Below are positions 13,901 to 28,400 of a stretch of 64,000 nucleotides of DNA, piece by piece. The stretch comes from Tubiluchus corallicola (lineage: Eukaryota; Animalia; Priapulida): positions 1,382,359 to 1,446,358 of the forward strand of contig JAQGDQ010000012.1 in NCBI GenBank assembly GCA_030141605.1, read 5' to 3'. Numbering within the stretch: the first letter of the stretch is position 1; every line of letters begins with the position of its first letter. A program made the translations under genes and the position numbers. The notes beneath the pieces were generated by a model. The model did no database searches. It was given only the letters and a program-made list of their open reading frames with translations, and was not told the DNA's origin.

Positions 13901-14429
13901 GCATTCTGCCCGTTTTTCATATTACTGAAAAGTAAATTACTTTCACGGCCGAAACATGAATCTGTTTGTATTTACAACTTAAATGGCACAAGAACATTAT
14001 TTAACAAGTTAATACAGTTTATACCTTTTGTTTTAAGAGTGGAGTTCAAACGTCGTATAACATAATCGTATGCGTCGTTGCTTGACTCAACACCTTTTTG
14101 TAATTTCTCAGTTACGGCGAAGCAAATCCCTTCTTCAATAGTAAGCTTTTTCAGTTCTGAAAATCCCTTGATCCCGTAATTTGAATCGTCATATACAGCT
14201 GACACGTACGTCCAGTTAAATTCTCTGAAAGTGTCAAGATTTTTTTGCTACTTGCGTAAGCATTCACGGCAGAAGCCATAATTGACATCGTATAGAAATC
14301 TCCGCATGCTCAATTTTTGTTAGCAGATAGACCGACATTTTTCTTAATTTAAATACTTGATCTTCAAATTCAGGACGTATGTAAATGTACATATATATAT
14401 AGATATATATATATATAATTGTCAAATAT

Positions 14430-14469
<40 letters not shown>

Positions 14470-17400
14470 GTGCAAAAATACGGGTGTTAAATAATTAAAA
14501 TAAAAATATAACTATAACGCTAAAACTTGTCATGCTAGTTTTATATCAGAATTGAAGTCATTTTAGTTATTTTGAAGCAGCAGAACGTGCTTCAGTGAAA
14601 TCAGTGCTAACTTATTGTTTAAGACGAGTAGCCATCTACAGAGACCAGTTGTTAAGCTGATAGGGCGGCAAGCTGCTAACTAGTTTAGCAGCCGGAAGCC
14701 ACAGACAAGTCACAAAAGAAAAGTGCATGCAGATCGGAAGTAATTAACAAGTCTGAGCAATTAGTGACGTAGTCACACTTTACTTTCTTGTCAATAAATG
14801 CTGACAGCCATTGATGAGGATTCTGAAGTCGTTGGTCGAGATGAGAAGCCTGCTTCCTTAATATGTTTAGGAAAACGCAGCTACAGGTGTGCATGAATGC
14901 AAAAAGGATCAACATTAAAAACTTGTTTTTTTTGTTTTGAAGAGTCAAATGTATAAAGTGTATGTTTAAATGTATGAATAGTCGCAGGGCGCAACAGACA
15001 CTCGTTTTCATACATAGTGTACCATAGGGACAATTATTCAGACATAATTTCCAAGGGGCCCCATAGTTCAACTGGAATTACCACGAAAAAATGGCGTAAA
15101 TGTTCTTTAATTTACAGGGTATCGCACAAGTCACTATGCACTTTAATTTTCTATATTAAATAACAAACGAAGCAAAATATTTGAAATTTGATACAGATGA
15201 ACTAAAACCTTGAGGAATTCTTTTTAGTCAAATTAAACGAAAATCTGAAATGAACTGTATGCTGCATAGCAGGCTTTGATATTTTCGCTACCTTCTCTTC
15301 AGGGAAATCAGAAGCTTCAGAAACAAATCCAATGGCAAGTTGGACGACGCGCGGTAAAAATGGCACAGTAAATAGCACAGGAAAAAAGGCACGAAAAAAA
15401 TCGTACAAGAAAAAATGGCACAGATGTTATTTTGATGCAATTGATTAGTATAGAAAAACTAGAATGCGCTCGGTGGGAAGCCGATCTCTGCAAATAATTC
15501 TAAACTTATTCGTCTGATTCTTTGGATTAAAAAAGTAACAGAAAGATAAACAAGCAAACTACAAAAATGTACCTGTATTGGTATTATATAGACTAACAAA
15601 CGATTCACAAAATACTTGTCCATTAAATAGATTTATAATCAATAGTGCACGAATGTTCCATATAGTGCTTAATGATCCACACACATCTACATTTTTACCA
15701 TTAATGTTAGAGATGGTAATAGACTGACAAAAATGTACGTACCATAAGGCTAAACACATTAATAAGCAAATGTTATAGACAGCGTTACACAGTTTTACAA
15801 AAGAAACTTTTTCGAAATGGAACTGGAAGTAACTCGTAGTTGTTTGTCCAGGTGGTGGTAATAAAAAATAAGTAGTAAACACTCCCTCTGAAACCTCCAC
15901 AAATTGCTTCATGAATGGTTTTCGTGAGTGGTGTTCGGTCAAGTTTTGTGAAAAAAGAACCGGCGGAAAGATAACCAATTTGGCACCATATACCCGCCTT
16001 TCTTCGCAAAGTTTCTTGGAAATCTGTTAGATAGTTTTTGCGTAATAGGCTTACTGTTGTAACAGACAAAAAAACAAACAAACAAACTGTGTTGAAGATA
16101 ACTTCCTTGACAGAGGCAAAAATAACTAGAATAATTATCCCCACTATAACCCTAACCCTAAACACATATTTTACTAAAGGTGTGCAAATTTCACCTGTGC
16201 CATTTTTACCTACTTTTCCATTTGTGCCATTTTTTCCTGTGCTATGTTTTCCTGTGCCATTTTTACCGTACCATTTTTCTTGCGCCAGTTTTATCTACAT
16301 TCAAGTTGGGCATCTTGCATTGAGAAAATATTTCACAGCTCATGAGAGTTGAGGAAGGACTGCACTCGTAATAGCCAGAGACTAGTCTAGTATATATAAT
16401 GCTCTGAATTTTCGCTGAACTTCAGTTGGTGATAAAAAACCTCATGTCAGGTTAATTTTGCATCTCATTTCTAACGTTACTACTGTCGCCATAGCAATGT
16501 AGTTCCAGCCAAAAAAATAAGAAAAAAATCTTGCTCTTATATATTTTTTCTTTACGCAACTAGCTTCTTGTACAAACTATACAATTTTACATCCAATCAC
16601 AGTTTTCAACAATGGCTGTTTTATAGGTGTTGTATCATAATTATTCAACTTTTTTAACGTTAAAAACGACAATGTGTAGTTAAGGACTTTTATCGTATAC
16701 AGAAGATACTCTTTTTCTCTCCGCGCTGCTTTGACACTTGCTGCCCACAGTTAAAAATTCCTTCAGTTTACCTGAGTATTCGTATGATGGCGTATGCTTG
16801 ATACACGTCCGACGGAACTGTTCGCGTAAAGTATGGAAATCTTTCAATGCTGCTCAATGTAGGAGATGTGGATAGGTAACTAACCTACAAGATAAAGTAG
16901 ATAGTATTCAATTCGTTATCAAATTAGTATATAATAATTATAGAGACAATAATAATCTTTTTAGTTGAAGTCATCGACAGGACCCTAAGGTCAGTTATAT
17001 TATTAGTTTTAATAATCTACATTGGTCAATGTGAATTATTTACAAATAATCCTTTGGCAGAGTATACAAAACCTTCACATTGCTATACGTCTAAAGTGGC
17101 GTTTAGCATGCGTCATGCGGATGCGGATGCGTTTTGGGAGGTGCGGAATAGATAAAATCGGTTTATATTGTTTTCAATGCACCCGTTTATACAGTCTGCG
17201 TATGCGTTATTCTTTTTCTGCAGCTATTTTCTATTGATTTTTTCCGCAGGCTGTTCTGTGTTTGAAAACGCACGGCGTCCGCGTGCTACGCAAACGCCAT
17301 TTAACTCAAGCTCATATTTTACACTAAAATATTTTTCTATTTTACGCACTGTTCTAAATCTGCAGATTCCATTGATGGCAAAATTGCCGGTTTTGTGACA

Positions 17401-20400
17401 GTTAGAGCCAAAAGGCTTAAAAATTCTATATGAACAACTACAAACGCTAAGGCCTTCTGCAGATGATTACAAATATTCTTATTTTATTCTAAAAATCGTA
17501 AACGCAAGTAGAGACATTATTAGCTGCAGCAACGCAATACATTAAACTTTTCAAAATGTCGCCTCTATTAAAGGGAAATAGAAATGGCATGCATGTTTAT
17601 AGTACAGTAAATTTTATGTTCACATTAGAGTATATTTAGCTATTATGATGTAACTAATGGCAATCTGTGCATGCACGCAAAAACTTTTAAATCGATCAAA
17701 TGATAATGTACTGACAGGCAATACGAGAAAACATGCAATAGTGTAAAAAACTTGTATTCAGTAATGACATTTTACTTGCGTTATAGTAAGCAACTAAGCG
17801 AACTTCAGCAGGTCATTGTTTCACCGGTTTCAAAGCTTAATTGGAATGACTACATCGTACCCATTTACCTCGCCATAATAACTACTACTACTACTACTAC
17901 TACAAAACTGAACAAGTCTAGACTTGTGCATAAGACCAGTTTAAAAGAAAGTTAATATCTTCGTTTGAGATTGTCTGTGAGATTCACTTGCAGCTAAAAA
18001 TTTTAGCAAAAAGTTACGAAATGATTGCTATTCGTCGATTTCAGTTATATTATTGATGTATATTATTATAGAAGAAATTACAAACAAACTGTGGCTTTTC
18101 AGCTAGCGTTGCTTACATCAACAAAGATATAATACAAGGACTTATTCTCTTTTCTTACCAACATTTTAGAGCTTACCAAAATTTCGTGATTTTTAATTAC
18201 CGGGTAATCGCATTCTGTTTTAAAAAAAAATTGGGCCTGTCCTCTAAAAACATGTTTTGCCTTAACGTTTACCAGCTTTGTCACAAGATACACGTGCCAA
18301 CTGAATTGGACAGCCGCAGAGCTTAACAAATCTAGCTTTACAAAAACCAATGTGCCACAGCTGTACACTGCAATGTATAGGCAATATCATCACAAGAATC
18401 TACAAAACTGAAATATAAATTCTTAATCATTGAAAAACTGTTGCAAAACTTATCGCTCCCTTCGCTTTCACAATTATTCGTACGCTTGGCTCACCGCTTG
18501 AAATTCGTGTTTCGAGAATCGAATTCTTCTCAATGTTGACATTTACCATATTAAAACGATTTATGTGCCAACAAATCGCTGTGATATTGTCACGGTTGTT
18601 TATAGAATCGGCGAATTACATAATAAATTTCACAGGCAATAAATAACCTCAGCCTCGTCGAGTCAAAGATTAAATCTGTGGCAATTTAGCGAAATGTATC
18701 TAAGCAACGGGAAAGTGGTAATTTTCTAATAACTTGTGTCTGTACAAGTAAAGCATCAAAATTGAAATATATTTGCCAGGTGACGCGGCTTTGACTAGCT
18801 GCAAATGTCTTAATTTCGTCTTATGGTTAGGCATTTCGTTTGATCAGCATTCTCAGACGGTGGAGCTCGGCAGCAAAAGGAAATAATTGGTGAGACGCTG
18901 CTCGAAATCCCTCCTAATTCTGAAATAATTGCAAAAAGATTTTCAACTTTTCAAGGAGAAATTTCCCATTTCTTCCATTTGTACTACACCTTTTCCTGTC
19001 TTTTTCATCTTACTACCACGTCGCTTACTACACATATGCTGCCACTACCGTTGTTTGTCATTATCATCGTGACCGTTTCACCACTATCGCCGGTTACTAT
19101 GAAAATGATTATGATAATGACATTGATGGAAATAACACTCCACCAATGAATCATCCCAACCCTTAATATTTAACACCTCCAGTCAAAATTCAACGTACAC
19201 TAATCAATGCTGCGTACACTGTAGACTGTGTAGTCCAAATCTATGCGGCATAAACATTAACGCATTCATAATACAAAACTCAAAAGTTTTCAGGGGATTA
19301 TTAGTCGCAGTTTACATGGTTTCCTAAATCAATAATTTTGACTAAGTAGCGCTGTAATATGTTGCATTATAACATCTACGCACTTAGGGAATTAAATTTG
19401 CCGTGTTTTTTGAGCAAGCAGGCAAGAACGACAAACCAAAAACCACAAAAAACGAACAACTAGGAGATTGATGTATAAAGTAATGTGTGACGCGTTGCAA
19501 ACAAAGATATAAAGAAGATATAAGCCTGCAATATTTTGGATAAACGGCATATACAATTAAGCAATTTCGAGAAAACTTTGTTGCAAGACTGCTTGCGAGT
19601 TGTTTTGCGGTATAAATGGCTCATACACGTACCTCATAAATAAAATGTCTCGGTTCAAATCCTGACTGGTGCGATTTTTCATGGATTTCTTTTGATGTTC
19701 GTTGGCCTTTGACAAAAATTATTTTCGGGGTGTTTGAAGCGCATTTGTTACGTCATTTCTCCAAGCAATAATTGCTACGCCGTAATTGGATTTGATAAAA
19801 TTCAACTTTCAGTTTTTTTCAAAGTACAAACATCCATAACTACTCAATTCTGCTAAATAATAATAATAATAAATGATAAAAGAACTGCAACGATGTTGAG
19901 CTTTAAATTCATACATCGTGAAAATTTTAGTTATGATGGAACTTGAACCCAAGTCTTATGACCTAATATGTCAATGTCAGTACATTAGCCAATAATTACT
20001 GTACACGCTCTAAGTTTTAGCACTAAAAATTTTGCAGCTTTTAAATTGTATCAAAATGGCGAGCAAGAATCTTCGAGCGATTCTATTAAAGGAAAAGCAC
20101 AAACAAAAATTCGATACCATACTTACGTGAAGCTAAATCCTGAGTTGGCTCAGCACCCAATTTATTTGCAAACATGCCTGATTCATTAAGAATCAAATTC
20201 AGCAGTTTGATGTTTTCGTCTCATCACTTAAAACTTGAGACAGGAAGGTGGGCTAGACCACCGATACTTAGAAACTAGATTGTGTACCTGCGAAAGCGTG
20301 CAAAGTGAGGAACATGTAGCTTTGGCATGCAAAGAAACGGATTGTATAAAAAACAAATATAACATCACGTTAAATACTTGGAACGATTTTCTAAATCTGG

Positions 20401-22448
20401 AAACTGAAGTATTAGATAAGTTTGCAAATGATATTTTACGTATTTTCAGCTGAATTGTTTGGTATTAATACTAATTTTTATGTAATGAATTGTCTGTGTC
20501 TCCGTACTTAGTACGAATATCTGTTTTTTGATTACTATTGTAGAAACGATTACTGTAATAACATGGTCATACGTGACAATAAACTACTACTACTGCTACT
20601 ACTATATATTTATATACCACATATATTTATTTAATCTCAATCAGCTAAATCGGACATTTACATAATTGTTTTAACTGAATGTCAGTTGGGTGAATCAGTA
20701 AAAAAAAAAAATAAGTGATTAGACCAACTAGCAAAACTGTAGTTGTGACTCTGAAATAGAACTCTAATAGCTTGCATAGTAAACACCTGCCTAACTATAT
20801 CACAAAAATCACCTGCTCCTTAATTATAGATTATATGAACAGACGTTGAAGCAGAATTACTGGCAATATTGTGTTTGGTTTCGCTGTACAAAGATCAAGG
20901 ATCGAGGACTTTTCAACCACTTTTTGTCTCGCCAATTCATGGGTCAATAAAATAATAGTGTGCTTTTACGAAGCCTGAGAGAAATTTACGCGGTAATCAA
21001 CGGAAGTTGTTGATATATTTGCTGTGTCATCGCTATACAGGTAGTAACTGCTTGAAATACGGAAGTGCTGAAAGACCGGTGATCAAAAAACAAATGCGTC
21101 TGGTGAATAAAAGCGCCCTATAAGTACCGGAATTCCGAAATCACATAAAACAAAATATTTATTCACTCGTAATTTAAGAAAATCAGAACAACTAAAGGTC
21201 CACGTATCATGCATGAAAGTTTGTTTGACAAGAATGGCGAGAAGAAATATTCCTTTGGTTGTTATTAGTCATCTGGTGAAGGTTCTTTCATGTCCAGGAT
21301 TCAACATTAGGCGATTAACTGCAATTACGAGCAACAATGTTGGCTAAGAGCAGGCGCTAATCTAAAAATTACATTAGATGTCTAAGATGTTTGGGTCATT
21401 AGATGTTTAAGCAACAAAATAGGTAATGGTGGGTGACGCACAAAAAAACATAAACAGAAAGCCATGGCAATTTTATCGGTAACATGGTTTTTAGTTCACA
21501 TCGGTGAGAGAACACAATGACTGAAAATCAAACTTTATCTTCGGTTGCGAGTGAGTATGAACTCTGTTATTATAATTCTACTTGATTAGAATGTATTTTT
21601 TTAACTTACTTATTTTTTTAACATTTATGATTATGATGATGCAAACATTTTACTGTGTGTTCAGAATTTCATTAGGTACTGAAATTAACGTTTCAGTAAA
21701 CAAAGAATACCTTCACTAAACAAGAAATAGAAAATTCAGAAACGAACCCGATTACAAAACTAAAGTCGAGTACCTAACTCCCAGTCAAATTCTATTGCAT
21801 GTCTTACACTAAAACATTCAGTATCCCAAAGTAACAGCACACTTTTGCGGAATATATATAATACCTGTATAAAATCTGACTCCAAATGATTTTAGCAGGT
21901 AGATTATTAGCAGAATTTTCTATAAAAACAAGGTTTGATGATTACCCGAAGCCAAGTAAGAACTAATTGGAAATGTTGCTCGCCGTGGCATGCAGTTAAT
22001 CAAACGTAACGACTTGTGTAGAGGAAAACAAGCGAGATGGACAACTTCTCGGAAAATTTTGGAAGGTTTCGGCTGTTTGTGATATTTTGATAAGGATTTA
22101 GGGTCAAGATACTGCATGCACTTTACACGCAAAAAACAACGTGGACTCAACTCACTCTCACGCTCTCTCTCTCTCTCTCTCTCTCTTTCTATATATATAT
22201 ATGAGTTACTAATAATATTCAGTGACAGTATGAAAATTTGTTTGTGAAAGATTTGTTGTTGTTAGTCAATAGCAGGCTTTGTACAGTATGTATTAGTTGT
22301 ATATATTTTATCTATCTATCTATCCATCCATCCATCCATCCATCCATCCATCCATCCATCCATCCATCCATCCATCCATCCATCCATCCATCCATCCATC
22401 CATCCATCCATCCATCCATCCATCCATCCATCCATCCATCCATCCATC

Positions 22449-22499
<51 letters not shown>

Positions 22500-25400
22500 A
22501 TATATCTATATTATATATAGATATCTATTATACAAGTACTACATATACGTATATGTAATATACAACTAACAAATCTTTAAAAACAAATTTTCACAGTGAC
22601 TTGTAGAAGCCTATAGCAATATTAATAACTGCAGTAGAAGAGTATGCCTAAATATATGTGCAAATCTTCCATCGTATTCCATCTTATGTAAACGACAAAA
22701 ATGACAAAACTACAAATTACGACAAAACTGGCTTATTGTAATAGTATAAGAAGTGTAATATTATTAGTCTATAATTGAGTGAGTGTTTTTAACATTTTTC
22801 AAGGTGACTATCTTAAAATAGACCGATTATGTATTTTATCAAGTTATATGATTCTAACTAAAATCGAATAATAAGAAAATCGATAAACCTAGCCAGAAAA
22901 CCAAGGCGTAAAACTAGCTGTGAGCAGGAAATAAAAATAACGACATACCTTCATTTTTTACCTTTAAATTTTGAAATCTTGCATAGTCAAGACAACTTTG
23001 CGTGCAGAACTTTTTAGCCGTGATAAAAAAAGACGCGACTTGTCTTTGATAACTCTGACATATTGAAATGTGACAAAATCAACATACACATCTGCAAAAT
23101 GTCTTGTTAGTTTCAAAATACATGCAGCTAATTAGGTACAGTCGTACCGACACATTTGCTACGTTGATGTTGTTCTAATAATATTTTAATAATCTTTACT
23201 TTTTGTAGTCACTTTTAAATTCGAAACCGACTGCATATGTGTGTCTGAAACATTAGAGATTGTATAAACTGATTTTTTATTATTCAATAAAAATCTTAAG
23301 AGCATCCTAGTCCACCGTTTTATAGGTACTTTTCAGAACAAGAGAAGTTCACTAAATAGTGCAGTGAGAAGTACAAATAAACTGTCTCCATGGACAGGAA
23401 ATATGACAAGATTGGCCGCAAAAACAATTAAAACAAACAATCTAATTCAAATGCTGGTCACCTACTATTACCTATTACTGTAAATGCTAAATTTAAAAAC
23501 ATACAATGTATTTCAATCAAATGTATTGCTCAAAATTTATAGAAAATTGTTACTGTTGTCTCTTTCATTAGTACTGCCAATACATCGTTTTGTGTTGCCG
23601 TTGCCACAAAAATTACTGTAAAATTACCATAAAAATTACAGTAATTTTGAGACTGAATCGATTTTTCTCGATTGAGACATCTATAATACCTTTCTTTAGT
23701 CAAATGATCTGCTGACAGCGTTTTCATCCTTTCGATAAAATCTTATTACACATATGTAAAATCCAATACATGTGTGTCACTAGTGGAATTTTTTTTAGAA
23801 TTTATCAGCAGCAAAATGTTACAAAATTTGTAGTTGTCATTCCACGCTTTTTTTTCGAAAAAGTGAAATATTCTAAATTTAAGTTCTAATACGTAAAATA
23901 CTTGAAACAAAACTTCCATAAACGTATTCGTAGTACACTAGCAAAGGCCCTGCAAAAAAAATTTGCGTATAAATTCACTTATAATCAAAAATACGCGAAT
24001 ATCCTACATAGTCCTCATTTACAACGCGAAACGAGCAGCAGCTTTTACTGAATTACTGTAAAGTTATAAGGTTATAGACAGAGTATAATGGACGATGTCA
24101 GAACAATGGCTTTGCGTCAGCAGTTTTCCAAGCAAAATTCGTGCAAAATGGAACCTCCAATCAACTCGTCGCAGCTCCTCGGGAAGGAAGCGTCCTAAAA
24201 TGCAGCTCACATCATCGTGTAGCCCTATTCTTCCTCTTTCTAAAGAGCGATATATCTCCTTCCAAGAGTCCACTCAACGCCGCTAGAACGTTTTTTCTAT
24301 AGGCAATTTGGCAAAAAATTCGAAAAAATTGGGAGTTGGGGCCGGGAAAATGCCCGTGTACGTCCTAAGTTTATTGCTATTTTCATGCGGTGCAGCCCGG
24401 TTCATTTCCTGCAGCTAGTGCTGTGTATATACCGAGATTCAAGTTTATCATTGGTAAATCAGCAAAGTAACTGAAATGGCAGCACTTCAAAAACCTTATT
24501 TGAAATCTAAAGTAAACCTTAAATAATACCTGTATGTTTCTGCATTACTATTATTAGAGAATGTACTATAAATGTACTACTGAATCTGTAATTTAACTAA
24601 CGTGAGTATCAGTCAATACAGTAGCGACATTACAAAATGTCCGCATTATCTTGACAACTTGTTTCTTCTAGAGAGGCTTACATGCAAATTACCTGATTCC
24701 ATTTTGCAAATTACTTGTAAATAGTAGCTCACGCGACGTACAACATTATCTTTAACTTAACGCCTGTGAAATTGAAAATTACTTTCATAATTTACGCCCA
24801 AATGCGTTTCCGGCTCTAGTACCAGGCGTTAGTAATTATAGAAGCCTATTAAAAAATAGTGAAATGCGGCGAAAAATTTCGCGGGGAATGATGACATTAT
24901 TTTGCTCGCAGCTAATTAGCGAGTCAGTAATTATTGACAGAAAGCTGTACGGATTCGGCAAATAAGGGGAGGCGTATTATGATTGCGTAGGTTAGTTATA
25001 GTGAATTTGCCGTGCCAACTAGAGTTCGTTATTTCGTGTCGACTATTTCTAGCTCTTTTGAATAGTCTTCATTAGAAAACCTTAAAACCGAATAAGAGAT
25101 TACAAAGAAATCTGGGGAATAGTTGAGAGATTAATTATTAGTCGGGTTGTCATTCAGTTCGGTCGGTTAGTCAGGGAGTGTGTGCCTGAGCGAGTGAATG
25201 AACAACTGAAACAGTCAGTCGGTCGGTCGGTCGGTCGGTCGGTCAATCAGTCAGTCAGTCAGTCAGTCAGTCACTCAGTCAGTCAGTCAGTCAGTCAGTC
25301 AGTCAGTCAGTCAGTCAGTCAGTCAGTCAGTCAGTCAGTCAGTCAGTCAGTCAGTCAGTCAGTCAGTCAGTCAGTCAGTCAGTCAGTCATTGCACAAGTC

Positions 25401-28400
25401 GACTAGACATGATGACATTAAATCCGAATATTTTAGAAACGTTTCTCATAATCTAGCACTTTTTATAGCTCCTGCGTGACACATTATTTTTTGCCAGATA
25501 CACCGACGCTGTCTTCGATTGCATTCCAAAAGTAAAAGACAAAAACAAGGGGATCGCAGTCACAACTAATTACGAACTGATAGCATTTTCCTTAGTGTCA
25601 AACAAGCTTCTAGAAATCTTATTCAAGAAAATAGGTACGGCTATTTACTTTTGACGATGCCAAACCAATTTGGCTACGTTGATAAACTTAGATGCAGAAA
25701 TGTGTCGATATACAATTCGTTGAAAGAAGTTATTGATTATTATTTTAAACGCGAGAGTCTAGTTCACATCTAATTTTTCGCGTCTGTAATGTGATGTTAG
25801 GGTTGGAAATGGGACTCGCCAAGGTCCGAATGTGTCGCCTATTTTATTTCATTTAACCAATACTTTCTGGACTTGAGTTCAGAATGCGTCGTTCAAATTC
25901 CCTAATTAAAGCTTAATCAGAAAGTGAAGTGGCTTTCACTTCTGACATAAGAAAACACTTGAGGGAATTATTATAAAAGGAAGTATAGTTAGACGAGGCC
26001 AACAGTCGTCATTTTAGACATATTTTCGTTCTGAGCATCGTAGGGTAATTTATTAGGACAGTATATAGTATTGTGTGTAATGTTGTAAATATTGTCTAAT
26101 TGTGGAGTATATGATTTTTATTTGTGTGTAACTATGGACTTGATTGGAAATAAATCGTTAAATCAAATCAAATCTGTTAGTTACTCAGTCAGTCAGTCAG
26201 TCAGTCAGTCAGTTAGTCAGTCAGTTAGTCAGCCAGCGAATTCAGTGACAAATCTGTCAATTTAAGCGGTTCAATCATTTACTCGTTTATTTACAATTAT
26301 ATCTAAGTGTCGTTTGAGGATGTAATAGATCAAACCTACAACATGTATACAACATATGTGTACAACATAATTATCCTTTATAGAATCGACGCCGTAGGGA
26401 TGCAGACATTTTAGTCACGTAAGAGGGTAAGATTAAAGCTCCTTGTAGTTGGTACGTTTTATAATAGCAAACTATTACAATGTTGAAGTTCAGCATTCTT
26501 AGATAAATTTAATCCATTCATTGTTTTTTCCTTGCTGAAAACTTAATGACTGTTCTAATACATGTACACGTGCAGTAACACAGACGGTGAAGTAATTGAA
26601 ATGTCTTTCTATGAATACTACTTGCAAAATTAATAACAGACCCTGCAAAAATATTTAATACTAGGAGAGCAGGCTTTCCTCATATATAGCTCCTTTCAAA
26701 TTACCTAATTTCCGGTAACTTTCTATTTCTGGTATAATGATTAACTTTCCATTTCTAATGAGATATCTGAAGTGGGTGCTTTAGCATGACACCTTTAGAT
26801 ATTGGCTTGCCGTGTAATTATTACTTTACCTGTGGGATCTTGAACAAGGTAAGGAGATTTGCTATCTGAATAGTAACGGAGCTATGCATGGCACCAATCA
26901 CAGCTGCTACCTTGCGATTGTGCGGCTGAGCAGAATTCTCACACTGCATCAAGTCCTAAAGACAAAAAAGGTTCAATATCGGATGTTAATTTGTCGTAAA
27001 TGCAATAAAGGTAAACGTAACTATGCTGGCTATGCTTCATATTCAGTTTCTGCCTCATTTTTTAAATCTTTTGCCATATGCCATGTTAATATGGTTTAAT
27101 GATCCCAGAGCAAAGCAAGGCAAAGTACACAACCCAAAGTAGGCAAACTTTGGAACTATTCCTGATTATTATTTACACCCAGCTTAGTTAAAAAATTAAG
27201 TTACAATACACAAAAAAGATCTGTAAAATTATATAAATGCAACAAGAAAAACGTTAAAACACTTTGTTATTATCAAAATTACAAAGGAATCTCTTTTGAA
27301 AAAAGTCTATCAAACTGCTTTAATTATGTTAAAAATTCTGCTCTGAAATAATCATTGAGTACGTAGTTTGTGCATCAAATTCAGCAATCTGGTATGTACA
27401 TTGCACGGAAAATATATCTGAATTTCTGCAGACTATGGATTTTTTATAGTAGCTTATACCTGTTATAGACAAAGCAAAGGCAACTTCCGACATTTTATAT
27501 TTTTTCGTGGCAGTTTTGCACTGACGACTAATGTTCATTCAACCACTACGTGAGATTAATTAAACTATCTCTCGCATTTACCGTTTGGTTTACCACCAAA
27601 TAATGTCAAACGCTTCATTTGAGCTTGCACGTTTAAGACTTTATCAGGTTTAGCTTCTAATTCACTGAATTTGAGCTTAATAATAACTTGCAACCTAAAA
27701 GGATGGTACGTATAGTACTAAAATAGGCTAAAATCTGCGCCTCATTCAACATACCATCATCAGATCCTCCAACACATTTCTGCAAGCAGGTTTTATAAAA
27801 AATGTTAAATCGACAGAGCTCCTGTGTTGGATTTGGGCAAACAGTGACATGTAATGGCTTCAATCAATTGATTGTTTCACAAATAAAACGCAATTTCAAA
27901 ACTAGCACGAAAGCGAAAAAATTTCAAAGCATAAAAACTATAATTTCTGTTACGTTAATATTATTAGAGGCCCGGCGAGTCGAGAATATTTCAAGAATTG
28001 TTAGTAGCCTCAAGGCTATAACGCAGCGATTAATTTCTAGAAATTCTGCCCAACTAAATAAATTCATTCCCGGTTTTGCATGTGCGTGTGTATATACAGT
28101 ATGTAAAACATCACAAAAATGAATCTTTTTAATGAATACCTAGTTTATGATTACTTAGTATCAATCACAGGTACTCAACGGAAGGAATGATACTGTGTGG
28201 TAAAGGTATATTAAAACTAAAGACAGACTGAGAATTGCCAAGGGAACATGATCAAATGACAAGGGTTGCAGTATTACCTTTGGGCGGATGAAGTGTGGTA
28301 TAAGCTCATTTTAAAGTTCAGGATGAGGTACCACATACTCAATATATTACTTGTATTCATGGGTTTTTAAACATGATAAAAACATTTTGCTTAGAAGCAA

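Noticed and set aside
16145-16162. Telomere-like AACCCTAACCCTAA
   Set aside because: Only about two units and internal to the MITE (mirrored near 6980); not an interstitial telomere.
19600-20000. Two B-box-like motifs (GGTTCAAATCC at about 19652 and a minus-strand GGGTTCAAGTTCC at about 19940)
   Set aside because: No convincing cloverleaf; likely very old tRNA-SINE relics, too weak to call.
27755-27779. 25-nt exon-like segment on the minus strand (cag|KCVGGSDD-G|gtatg) in intron 3, followed by an intron-like 60 nt
   Set aside because: It ends in phase 1 while exons 3 and 4 join in phase 0, and all continuations hit stops. At most a poison exon; no support without reads.
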